From positions 1 through 17,300 of IMG/VR virus record IMGVR_UViG_3300044678_002996: a DNA stretch of 17,300 bases; one strand, written 5' to 3'. Below are positions 1 to 7,408 of the stretch, piece by piece (the stretch's first letter is position 1; each line of letters opens with the position of its first letter). The stretch comes from a virus (lineage: Duplodnaviria; Heunggongvirae; Uroviricota; Caudoviricetes). A program made the position numbers and the translations under genes. The notes under the pieces were generated by a model. The model was not told the origin of the DNA. It did no database searches and worked only from the letters and a program-made list of their open reading frames with translations.

Positions 1-43
1 TATCAGATACGTGACACTTAACACAGCTTGTTATTTTAGCCAT
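1..43 (-). CDS. 5' fragment of a gene running off the left edge (MAKITSCVKCHVSD..., CxxC)
   Basis: ATG at 43-41 overlaps the TAA of the upstream gene (TAATG). The frame is open to the window edge. Not in the ORF track. Confidence 0.55.
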   Translation of the reverse strand, partial: MAKITSCVKCHVSD

Positions 44-270
44 TATGACTCCATAGAGGCTTTACATTGATAATATTCTTTTGCCATTGGGTGCCTGTAC
101 ATAAACACAAGATACGCCCCTCGGTCCTCACACAGGCCGAGCCTCAACATTTCTTTAAGGCAGGCTGATACCTCCTCTGCTGAGTATTTGGGCAAATCCT
201 TAATTATAGACGCTTCACACGCCCCTGTGTCAATAACGCAAACAATGTCATGTACTAATTCTTTGTCCAT
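43..270 (-). CDS. Hypothetical protein, possible winged helix-turn-helix
   Basis: 75 aa, TAATG-coupled at both ends. S-AEEVSACLKEMLRLGLC-EDRGAYL resembles a wHTH recognition helix plus wing (pattern only). Confidence 0.7.
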   Translation of the reverse strand: MDKELVHDIVCVIDTGACEASIIKDLPKYSAEEVSACLKEMLRLGLCEDRGAYLVFMYRHPMAKEYYQCKASMES

Positions 271-554
271 TATTTAATCCTATTCTTAGTAGTTAGGCTC
301 TCTGTTATAGATACCATATTCGACACTTCTCCGTCCTCAAAAGGGAAGATAGACCCATTTATCTCATATGTTATTGTGGATTTTAGCGCCCCAATTCTTC
401 TAACGCAGACGAATGAATTTCCTTCAAAGAAAAATTTTGTATTATCTTCATCTGGCACTTCAAAGATAAATTCAACGACGTTATTTACGTGGGCCACATC
501 AAACACGTACATTGCGTCCGTAATCGTTATAAATGACAAGGTATGATCGGACAT
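270..554 (-). CDS. Hypothetical beta-rich protein
   Basis: 94 aa, in-operon orientation, stop overlaps the next ATG (TAATG at 268-272). Confidence 0.7.
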   Translation of the reverse strand: MSDHTLSFITITDAMYVFDVAHVNNVVEFIFEVPDEDNTKFFFEGNSFVCVRRIGALKSTITYEINGSIFPFEDGEVSNMVSITESLTTKNRIK

Positions 555-784
555 CTTAGTCTTTCTATTTTGAGTATGTCGTGCCTGATGAAATCCAATA
601 TCTTTCGCTTGTCGTCGTCTGACATCTTGTCCAAGGACACGATTAGTAGGCAGTAGAGATCCTTATTCAGGACGCTCTTGCACCAAAGCTCATTATCTTC
701 TTCTAGCGTGTTTTCTCGTGGGCCACGCCCACCGTAGTGGACGTATAGCTCATCGCCCTTAATTACCGATATTGGGTTGTCCAT
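527..784 (-). CDS. Hypothetical protein
   Basis: 85 aa, fills the gap between neighbours with 26-28 nt overlaps. Start uncertain. Confidence 0.55.
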   Translation of the reverse strand: MDNPISVIKGDELYVHYGGRGPRENTLEEDNELWCKSVLNKDLYCLLIVSLDKMSDDDKRKILDFIRHDILKIERLRCPIIPCHL

Positions 785-1163
785 AGTCTATCACCGCAAA
801 CACGTTGGTGCGTGTAAGGTCTTTGCTGTAAATTTGAAAATACTCTAGGTTGTAGCTCTTGAATCGCTTTTCGCAATATTGCGCGAATTCACCCATATCC
901 ATTTGCCTATCTGCTTTTCTAAGCATAATGTACTGCTTCTCTGTTATATGGCCTTTATCGTCAAGATAAAAGCACATACAATCTCCACTCTTAAGTTGGA
1001 CGAACTTTTTGTTACCAATATTAGTGTGAGAATCTTTTAGATAGACAACCGTATATGATATAAATTGAGAGCGTTCGACATTTTTCTCTGCGGCGACCAA
1101 GCCGATTGTCGACCCAGCCACCATCGCTCCGGCTGCAAGCCGTAAGAAGTTTCTTCGTAACAT
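759..1163 (-). CDS. Protein with twin-arginine (Tat) signal peptide, unknown function
   Basis: N-terminus MLRRNFLR-LAAGAMVAGSTIGLV-AA|EK matches the (S/T)RRxFLK consensus plus a moderately hydrophobic h-region and a small-residue cleavage region. Start fixed by TAATG overlap at 1161-1165. Confidence 0.75.
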   Translation of the reverse strand: MLRRNFLRLAAGAMVAGSTIGLVAAEKNVERSQFISYTVVYLKDSHTNIGNKKFVQLKSGDCMCFYLDDKGHITEKQYIMLRKADRQMDMGEFAQYCEKRFKSYNLEYFQIYSKDLTRTNVFAVIDYGQPNIGN

Positions 1164-1621
1164 TATCGCCCTTTCGTATAGGCCAAATTGCTGAATATCT
1201 TAACCATGTAGTCTACCTTATCTACCACCCCGTCCATGGAGTCTATAACTGCCCTAAGCTTTACCATTTCCGTTTGCATCTTCTCGATGTTGGAATGCTC
1301 TGCCGCCGCAGACGCTGTGATCAAGTCCTTGCCCAGAAACTCGTTATAGGAGTGGTAGACCTTAATTAGGGCTCTGTTGAATAGCATTGAGTTGGCATCA
1401 TAGAAGCTCTTAAGCAGGTTAATTCTCTTGTGAATGGAGATAGAGTACCTCGTAAGAATATACTGGGCCGCTATGCAGTCTTCCTTGGACATCGCCCGCA
1501 ATTCATCTTCTGGTAAGTTGAGGTAGTACTCATAGTCCGTATCTACGTGGTCGACCTTAGCGACCCCAATCATTGTGTCATTTTCGGCGATTACTTGTTC
1601 AATCTCTTTAGTTAGTGTCAT
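1163..1621 (-). CDS. Alpha-helical protein, possible UvsY-like recombination mediator
   Basis: Start moved to ATG 1621 (ATGA overlap with upstream stop, AGAGG upstream), giving 152 aa. Helical/coiled-coil pattern and size are similar to UvsY and it lies close to UvsX. The CDS is secure; the function is inference. Confidence 0.5.
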   Translation of the reverse strand: MTLTKEIEQVIAENDTMIGVAKVDHVDTDYEYYLNLPEDELRAMSKEDCIAAQYILTRYSISIHKRINLLKSFYDANSMLFNRALIKVYHSYNEFLGKDLITASAAAEHSNIEKMQTEMVKLRAVIDSMDGVVDKVDYMVKIFSNLAYTKGR

Positions 1622-2016
1622 TGTACCTCTTTGATTATATTGGGCCAATCGTCTACCTTGTCAAAAGGTAATTCGATGAATATGATGTCGTTGAGTTCGC
1701 ACCAGTCTTTTTTCTTCTGGTCGCGTAGCTGTGATTTCTTGAACCCAGCCTTAGTCTTGTGGAATCGCTTCACAAACTTATAGTGCTGTTCACCGTGTAC
1801 TTCAATTAGGATCGACAGATCCGGAATGAAAAAATCAGCTATTAGACCAGTGCCCAATAGCTGTACTTCTTCGTAGATGGTTGAGAATGGAAACCGTGAT
1901 TTCAGTAGCTTTCTGGCGGACAAATGCAATCCACTAGGGGAGCTAGAATCCTTACAAATCTTCTTAAAGTTGAAGATATGTTCCTTGCCATCAAAATCAA
2001 TAAACCTAATGGACAT
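1618..2016 (-). CDS. PD-(D/E)XK endonuclease, Vsr/DUF559-like
   Basis: Motifs EE...ADFF...IEVHGEQH...RDQKKKDWCELNDIIFIEL typical of Vsr/DUF559-type nucleases. Confidence 0.8.
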   Translation of the reverse strand: MSIRFIDFDGKEHIFNFKKICKDSSSPSGLHLSARKLLKSRFPFSTIYEEVQLLGTGLIADFFIPDLSILIEVHGEQHYKFVKRFHKTKAGFKKSQLRDQKKKDWCELNDIIFIELPFDKVDDWPNIIKEVQ

Positions 2017-2179
2017 TTTCTTCCAATCGATCCATTACTCTGCGAAATACATTGGGGCACTTCGCGAAGTCATCCCAAGTAAGATTAAGAATTTCTTCCA
2101 TTTCTTCTTCAGATAAAACTCGCCCCATAATCAATGACTTAAGGCATTCCTTAAATTGTGGTTTTGTCCATGTACTCAT
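2006..2179 (-). CDS. Hypothetical protein (57 aa)
   Basis: ATG at 2179 preceded by GGAG-AATAAT. The ORF-track start at 2191 is a TTG overlapping this RBS. Confidence 0.65.
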   Translation of the reverse strand: MSTWTKPQFKECLKSLIMGRVLSEEEMEEILNLTWDDFAKCPNVFRRVMDRLEENVH

Positions 2180-2180
2180 A

Positions 2181-2660
2181 TTATTCTCCAAATACTTCTT
2201 TTACTGTTTTTAGCTTACTGATCTCAAGGCTCCACATATCTACCTTGCACACAAATGGGCCGTCCCTCGTACCGATTGGAACAAAGGTTGCCTCTTCGAA
2301 AAAGTCGCTCTTAAGCGCCGCCCCTAATTCCCACGCCTTCTTAAGATCCTTTTGAATCCTATAGAAGACGTAGGCGTCACTTCCGTGCTTTTTCTGGTAA
2401 TCAGAAACGGAAGCGGTATAATTAGGAAGAGGAGTATCCTTACAGCTTTTAGCTTTTACATCCACTTTTAGCGACTTATAAAGAACATCATAATGCTTTG
2501 TGTTCTTAAGTTCGCCCGCATATTTATGGAGGAAAAGCTCCTCTGCGAGGATACCGTACAATTTCCCATTTGTAGTGAAAGAGTAGATGTTAGTTTTTTG
2601 GATATCCGCCCGAGCCGCAGCCCTAGCTAAGATATCCTTATCTATTTCTACTTCTATCAT
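2181..2660 (-). CDS. PD-(D/E)XK restriction-endonuclease-like protein
   Basis: GILAEELF helix, YD...DVK catalytic pattern, DAYVF and AWELG segments characteristic of phage REase-fold nucleases. ATGA-coupled to UvsX. Confidence 0.7.
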   Translation of the reverse strand: MIEVEIDKDILARAAARADIQKTNIYSFTTNGKLYGILAEELFLHKYAGELKNTKHYDVLYKSLKVDVKAKSCKDTPLPNYTASVSDYQKKHGSDAYVFYRIQKDLKKAWELGAALKSDFFEEATFVPIGTRDGPFVCKVDMWSLEISKLKTVKEVFGE

Positions 2661-3751
2661 GCTACACTTTCCTCTAGTTCTGGGGGCACGAATTCAAAGC
2701 TTACGCCGTATGTATCGCTATAATGATTTTCTATCAGCTTTTGTAGATACTCTCTGTTTTCGCTAATAATTTCAATAGCGTTGTCCGCGCCCTGCACTTT
2801 CTTATCGATTTGGTCTGTTATGAATGTATACCAAGCTCCACCTCTAACAAGTAGCCCAATCTCTTCTAGAATTGGAAGTGCTTCTTTCGCCCACCACACA
2901 CCTTCACCGAACATGAAGTAATTGAGTATTTTCTTATCATTTTCTTTTGAGACATACGGGGCAAGTAATTTATTGTAGGGTAAATCCCACCGAGCTAATT
3001 GGCCAGCTAGTTCATCTTCGTCTTTAGCCATAGCGATACTTTCGCCGTTTAGATCAAGTTGTCTGTGCCGTGATTCAAGTACGATGTCTGCGTCATATTC
3101 AATACCATTACCACCCTTTGGCACTATTTTACCCATACCCATTGGGGAAGTGTCGACCATCATATGTTGAATGCCGACTAGAACACACCTATTCACTCGC
3201 AACAAGTTTCCGACCTTCTTACAAAAGTCTTCATTTAGCTTAGGGCCCATGTCTCTTCTGTCTGAACGAACGTTTGGGTCGTCAAGTGTATCTTGGCCGA
3301 CAATTCTTGAGAAAGAGTCAATAACAAACAAAGCTCCAGCATATTCTGGATTCTTCATCAGAGCTATAACTTCGCGGTAGATCTCTTCTCCGCTTAGAAT
3401 CTTTCCCTCTTTCGAACGTATCATGATGAAGTTAGGATTCTTAATGTCGAACCCTCTAACTTGAAAGTATTTGTACGCGTTAAGTCTGCATTCTGCGTCT
3501 ACAAAAACCACTTTTCTGCCTTGCTCCAATGCATTTTGTACAATTTGCATAGCAAGGCTTGTCTTGCCAACCTTTGGGCGAGATCTGATTAAGACGAATG
3601 ACCCTTCTGGAATTCCTCCGCCGAGTCTAAAGTCAATAGAGGGACTAGTGGGAATTACAGAGAGGTTAACGCACTGTTGCATTGCCTCTTCTGCTGTTGT
3701 AAAGATATTGTTGTCTGTTACTTTTTCTTTGGTTGCTTTTTTCTTAGCCAT
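2657..3751 (-). CDS. uvsX: RecA/UvsX-family recombinase
   Basis: LGGGIPEG, Walker A variant SRPKVGKTS, DAE catalytic Glu, Walker B FVIDS, PKGGNGIEYDAD, C-terminal GAWY; 364 aa. Confidence 0.93.
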   Translation of the reverse strand: MAKKKATKEKVTDNNIFTTAEEAMQQCVNLSVIPTSPSIDFRLGGGIPEGSFVLIRSRPKVGKTSLAMQIVQNALEQGRKVVFVDAECRLNAYKYFQVRGFDIKNPNFIMIRSKEGKILSGEEIYREVIALMKNPEYAGALFVIDSFSRIVGQDTLDDPNVRSDRRDMGPKLNEDFCKKVGNLLRVNRCVLVGIQHMMVDTSPMGMGKIVPKGGNGIEYDADIVLESRHRQLDLNGESIAMAKDEDELAGQLARWDLPYNKLLAPYVSKENDKKILNYFMFGEGVWWAKEALPILEEIGLLVRGGAWYTFITDQIDKKVQGADNAIEIISENREYLQKLIENHYSDTYGVSFEFVPPELEESVA

Positions 3752-3753
3752 TT

Positions 3754-4116
3754 TTACTCATCTAGTAGTGAGGGCTTTTTACCCTCTAGTTTACGGAACA
3801 ATGGTATTTCGGGGTCTATCTTTTCGACCACCTCTTGTTTTTTATCAGCTAATGCAACCCTCTTAAGACGCGACGCTTCCAGCTCAAACATATCGGGCAG
3901 CTTTTTAGCCGCCAATGAGAAGCACCACGTTTCCCTATTTATAACATTCGTTACAGCATCTTCGCCGTAAGTCCTTATGAACTTCGCCCCAAGCCTCATC
4001 TGCATTTGATATTTTGGTTTATACTCAGGAAGATTCCAAAATTTCGCAGGAAGCGTGACACTTTTCTTAAGATACTCTCGACGAATCATCTCTTCCGCTA
4101 TTCTGGTGATGTTCAA
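3754..4116 (-). CDS. Hypothetical protein (LPxKFWN motif) upstream of UvsX
   Basis: 120 aa from TTG at 4116 (alternative ATG 9 codons later). Gaps of 1-2 nt to both neighbours. Confidence 0.75.
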   Translation of the reverse strand: MNITRIAEEMIRREYLKKSVTLPAKFWNLPEYKPKYQMQMRLGAKFIRTYGEDAVTNVINRETWCFSLAAKKLPDMFELEASRLKRVALADKKQEVVEKIDPEIPLFRKLEGKKPSLLDE

Positions 4117-4117
4117 T

Positions 4118-4411
4118 TTAGTCTTTCTTTTGGTTTTTTCTACGGAAAATATGCGGGGCGTTTAGATTGTTGTTGGTAGTCTTTTTGGGGACATATTCCG
4201 ACATTGCTGTTGTAAGAGTCGCCCCAATCGTTTCTCCATTAGCTTTCAACCTAGCTGGCTCTTTAGCACGTTCTGCCCGCGCGGCTTTAATAAATTCCGC
4301 CGCTACTAGTTGGTCTAACCCAATCTCTTCAGAGATCTCTAGGGAGTTCTTATCCAGATTGGCTAGAATATACGCTTCGTCAGCTTTGTTTAGTTTTGTT
4401 CGTTTTTTCAT
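4118..4411 (-). CDS. Hypothetical protein with possible N-terminal HTH
   Basis: LNKADEAYILAN-LDKNSLEISEEIGLDQLVAAEFIK has an HTH-like pattern, followed by a basic low-complexity tail. Confidence 0.65.
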   Translation of the reverse strand: MKKRTKLNKADEAYILANLDKNSLEISEEIGLDQLVAAEFIKAARAERAKEPARLKANGETIGATLTTAMSEYVPKKTTNNNLNAPHIFRRKNQKKD

Positions 4412-4414
4412 TTT

Positions 4415-4618
4415 TTACCTTTTATGACATTCTATCATATCTTCGTCTACAAATTCGAAATAGTAATCGTCTGTACCGAATAGATTTGGATAACCTATGA
4501 ACTGGATTTCATTAAGGTGCCCACAAACACACTTGACCTTTAGGGTCATTAGGTCACCGTCTGTGTCTCTAGAAAAGGCGCAAATAGCTTTACACGCTTC
4601 GCACGTTATTGGTTGCAT
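4415..4618 (-). CDS. Small zinc-ribbon-like protein
   Basis: 67 aa, CEAC...CVCGH. Confidence 0.7.
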   Translation of the reverse strand: MQPITCEACKAICAFSRDTDGDLMTLKVKCVCGHLNEIQFIGYPNLFGTDDYYFEFVDEDMIECHKR

Positions 4619-4824
4619 TGTAATATCCTATCCATTGTTTGTTTCAGGGAATCGACGCATTCTTGATAAGTTTTCCCGCTTACTTCGAGTGTCTTATGCT
4701 TAAGGCCGCTTTCTTTTAATTGGGCTCGGTGGACACAATGTCCGCTTAATTCCCCAGTAGCGTCTACCGGGTAAATTGAAAATGAAATGTTTACGATAGC
4801 CTTATAGGGCCGATCATGATCCAT
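4606..4824 (-). CDS. Hypothetical protein
   Basis: 72 aa, TAATG-coupled start. Confidence 0.7.
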   Translation of the reverse strand: MDHDRPYKAIVNISFSIYPVDATGELSGHCVHRAQLKESGLKHKTLEVSGKTYQECVDSLKQTMDRILQCNQ

Positions 4825-5021
4825 TATCTATCCTTTCTGTGAACTAATTCAAATTCTTGAACTACATATTTCTTGGGCGATTTTTGACGAAGACTCGCCC
4901 TAGCTTTATTGGCATTTGACACATGGGTAAATAAACGGGCCTTATAAAGATGTGTAGTCCACTTAAACTTAGGAGTTAAGAAGTTTCCATTATCAGGATC
5001 TTGTACGGCCCATATATTCAT
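4824..5021 (-). CDS. Hypothetical basic protein
   Basis: 65 aa, TAATG-coupled at both ends. Confidence 0.7.
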   Translation of the reverse strand: MNIWAVQDPDNGNFLTPKFKWTTHLYKARLFTHVSNANKARASLRQKSPKKYVVQEFELVHRKDR

Positions 5022-5344
5022 TATAGTATTCCTCGTTCGATGTATCTCTTCTTCTGTTCTGGCGTAGCATTTGCTAGCTTTCTAACGTGGGTCTGTTTGG
5101 CCAATTTCTTTTCGGTATTTTCGCCCATCACTTTTTCACGCTCGTACTTATTTCTCTTATTGTTTTGCTCCATTAATTTTCCAATAGTACGCGGGCTCCC
5201 ATCTTTTGCTATTATAGCTGCTGATAGTAATCTTTCTATTGGTGATTTACAAACTGGACATTTTTTATATACCTCCTCGTGATTTTGAATAAATTCTATT
5301 TCTCCACATTTTTCGCACAAATATTCTTTTGTTACGTTTGCCAT
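5021..5344 (-). CDS. FmdB-like zinc-ribbon protein with basic helical C-terminus
   Basis: YLCEKCG...KCPVCK...IERLLS pattern of FmdB-type ribbons. AAGGAG RBS 5 nt upstream. Confidence 0.8.
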   Translation of the reverse strand: MANVTKEYLCEKCGEIEFIQNHEEVYKKCPVCKSPIERLLSAAIIAKDGSPRTIGKLMEQNNKRNKYEREKVMGENTEKKLAKQTHVRKLANATPEQKKRYIERGIL

Positions 5345-5457
5345 AATAGCTCCTTGTTATTTTTGTTATTTTTGTCAATAAAAGTTAAAAACTTTATGAA
5401 AATAGTGTAATATATAATAGGCGGGGTTTCGCCCTTTAAGTATGAATCGAGACAATA
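5345..5457. promoter_or_regulatory. Divergent AT-rich intergenic region: RBS of the zinc-ribbon gene, 9-bp tandem repeat, TATAAT -10-like box for the HNH gene
   Basis: AAGGAG on minus strand at 5355-5350; TTGTTATTT x2 (5354-5371) plus a partial third copy; TATAAT at 5413-5418 on plus strand with no canonical -35. The only sizeable non-coding gap in the window. Confidence 0.5.
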
Positions 5458-6354
5458 ATGAAAACATGTTGTAAATGTAAAAACGAAAGAGATTTTGAGT
5501 GTTTTGTAAAAAATAGTAGCTCAAAAGACGGGCGTTCTGGCCGGTGTAAACTATGTGACGCTATTTACAGAGAAAAAAATAAGGAACGCTCTAGTGTTTT
5601 AAGCAAACAATATAGGCTAAACAATAAAGAAAAGTCTAGTGAATATCACAAAGACTATGCCAAAACGCATAAAGATTGCATAAAAAAATATCAAAAAGAA
5701 TACGCTCAAAAGAACAAAGAAAAAATTAAAGATTATCAAAAAAAATACAGAGATGAAAATAGAGACACGATCAACGGGCAGATCAAGGAGTATTCTATAA
5801 AAAACAAAAATAAAATCAAGGAATACAAAACGCAATATTATTTGAAAAACAAAGCCCGTACGAAAGAAAAGCAAAGGGAGTATTATTTAAAAAACAAAGA
5901 AAATATCGAAAATAAAAGTAAAATATACAGAGTGATAAATCAAGGTAAGATTAGAAGTCGCCGGAAAAATTATCTTGAATCTAACCCTGATGCCAAGCTA
6001 AGCAAAGCACTTAGATGTAGGATTAGAATGGCACTCAAAGTAAGAAATTGTAAAAAATCAGATTCTACGTATAATTTATTAGGGTGTTCTAAAAAATTCT
6101 TTCAAGACTATATAGTCTCAAAATTCACTAAAGGTATGACCCTAGAGAATAATTCTGTAGATGGATGGCACCTCGACCATATTGTCCCATGCGCGTCTTT
6201 TGATTTAAGTGACCCAGATCAGCAAAAATTGTGTTTTCATTATACAAATTATCAACCACTCTGGGCCACTAAAGAAATCGCTATGAGGCACGGTGAAAAC
6301 AGTAACTATATAGGCAATTTAGAAAAGGGCAGTCGTATGTTTTTACAACAATAG
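5458..6354 (+). CDS. Free-standing HNH homing-endonuclease-like protein
   Basis: N-terminal CxxC...CxxC finger, long K/Y/N repeat region, C-terminal LLGCS...GWHLDHIVPCASFDL...CFHYTNYQPLWA...NLEKG nuclease domain. Only gene on the + strand, strongly A-rich. Confidence 0.88.
   Translation: MKTCCKCKNERDFECFVKNSSSKDGRSGRCKLCDAIYREKNKERSSVLSKQYRLNNKEKSSEYHKDYAKTHKDCIKKYQKEYAQKNKEKIKDYQKKYRDENRDTINGQIKEYSIKNKNKIKEYKTQYYLKNKARTKEKQREYYLKNKENIENKSKIYRVINQGKIRSRRKNYLESNPDAKLSKALRCRIRMALKVRNCKKSDSTYNLLGCSKKFFQDYIVSKFTKGMTLENNSVDGWHLDHIVPCASFDLSDPDQQKLCFHYTNYQPLWATKEIAMRHGENSNYIGNLEKGSRMFLQQ
5581..5985 (+). repeat. Nine degenerate 15-aa (45-nt) tandem repeats in the HNH protein
   Basis: KERSSVLSKQYRLNN/KEKSSEYHKDYAKTH/KDCIKKYQKEYAQKN/KEKIKDYQKKYRDEN/RDTINGQIKEYSIKN/KNKIKEYKTQYYLKN/KARTKEKQREYYLKN/KENIENKSKIYRVIN/QGKIRSRRKNYLESN, with Tyr at position 11 in all nine and Asn at 15 in eight. 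Confidence 0.85.
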
Positions 6355-6358
6355 CCAT
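6281..6358 (-). pseudogene. Relict 5' end of the zinc-ribbon gene (MAIVVKTYDC..., stops after 25 codons)
   Basis: ATG overlaps the MazG-like gene stop (TAATG 6360-6356). The first 10 codons (6358-6329) match the N-terminus of 5021..5344 at 6/10 aa. Confidence 0.55.
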
Positions 6359-6798
6359 TATGATTTTGCTTTTTCTATTAGGTCTTTAAGTTCCACTGGT
6401 TTGTATCCCGGTGGTTTTAACATCTTGCCGTCTTCACGCCACACAGCGCCCGGCCCAACCTTTGTTAGATTATTCTGATCAACCCGCTCAAGGGCTTCTT
6501 CAAAAACATATTGCAAACCACAAGAAATCAGTGTCCCATTCGTTACGACGGCTAAATCACACGCTCCGTCTAGCACCTTTTCTGGGCTATAGTTTTCTGC
6601 CCCAGCATCAATGAATTTGCCAAGTACGAAATCTACCCCAAGTGCTTCAATGGTTTCGAGCGCTTCTTCGTAAATTAGCTTCGCCCGCAGAATTCTCTCT
6701 TCTGGTGTAGGGACTCTTAGAGATTTTGCAACAGTTTGTTTTGCCCCGAGCATTAGCCCTTCGATAGCCCAAATGTGTTCTTCTAGTGAGTATGTCAT
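6358..6798 (-). CDS. MazG-like / PRA-PH family nucleoside triphosphate pyrophosphohydrolase (DR2231-like, possible dUTPase)
   Basis: LIYEEALET, LDGACDL, NNLTK and REDGKMLKP motifs. Confidence 0.85.
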   Translation of the reverse strand: MTYSLEEHIWAIEGLMLGAKQTVAKSLRVPTPEERILRAKLIYEEALETIEALGVDFVLGKFIDAGAENYSPEKVLDGACDLAVVTNGTLISCGLQYVFEEALERVDQNNLTKVGPGAVWREDGKMLKPPGYKPVELKDLIEKAKS

Positions 6799-6995
6799 TT
6801 TAGCTTAGTGTATTCCTTAATTAAACTATTAACCTTTTCGCCAAACACATCGCTGGTTTGGTCTACTCGCAATAACAAAATAGACTGAATAAACTTTTCA
6901 AATCCATTATCCATTCTTTGGTTAACTTGTAGTTTGATTTCAGTTACTACTTCATCCAGCAATTCTTTCTTTTTGGTTTGAATTTTTTCACTCAT
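6795..6995 (-). CDS. Hypothetical helical protein
   Basis: 66 aa, ATGA-coupled at both ends. Confidence 0.7.
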   Translation of the reverse strand: MSEKIQTKKKELLDEVVTEIKLQVNQRMDNGFEKFIQSILLLRVDQTSDVFGEKVNSLIKEYTKLK

Positions 6996-7408
6996 TTTGC
7001 AACATACCTCGTCCCGTCAATAATTAGCGATTTAATGGTTCTATGGTCTACTTGGCGGATGCGGTCAGACTGCTTCTTATCCAAGTCCTCTACCTGAGAT
7101 CGCCCGTCTGTCGTCTCAGAGTCTTTACACAATCTACCACGCAGAGTGCGAAGTTTGCCGTCCTTCTTAACAAAGACGACGGTAAAAGGGGTGTCTCCAG
7201 CAGAGATAAGCTTCTCAACAATTTCAGTGCGGTTCATATTATATGAAACACTGAACGCGTCAGATGACTTAAATGCGGTCCTGATACCAGTGCCTTTGAT
7301 CTTAAACTTTTTCTCAGAGTCAAGATCCATAGCTAGGATGGTGTCCCCATCATCTTCCAAAACTTTAGCATATTTAGTGAACGCAACAATTTCATAAACT
7401 TCACTCAT
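6992..7408 (-). CDS. SH3-like / WYL-like beta-barrel protein
   Basis: Start moved to ATG 7408 (GGAG upstream), giving 138 aa. C-terminal FTVVFVKKDGKLRTLRG...RQVDHRTIKSLIIDG resembles phage WYL-like SH3 folds. Confidence 0.6.
   Translation of the reverse strand: MSEVYEIVAFTKYAKVLEDDGDTILAMDLDSEKKFKIKGTGIRTAFKSSDAFSVSYNMNRTEIVEKLISAGDTPFTVVFVKKDGKLRTLRGRLCKDSETTDGRSQVEDLDKKQSDRIRQVDHRTIKSLIIDGTRYVAK

Noticed and set aside
5373-5378. Perfect TTGACA on the minus strand as a sigma70 -35
   Set aside because: The position 17 nt downstream is the AAGGAG RBS, not a -10 box, so it is not called as a promoter.
5420-5433. GGCG-N6-CGCC hairpin as an intrinsic terminator
   Set aside because: Stem is only 4-5 bp and there is no clean U-tract on either strand.
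5617-5874. Very hydrophobic 85-aa minus-strand ORF resembling a membrane protein
   Set aside because: It is the antisense shadow of the A-rich Lys/Asn/Tyr repeat of the HNH gene (T-rich codons give Phe/Ile/Leu); no RBS or coupling.
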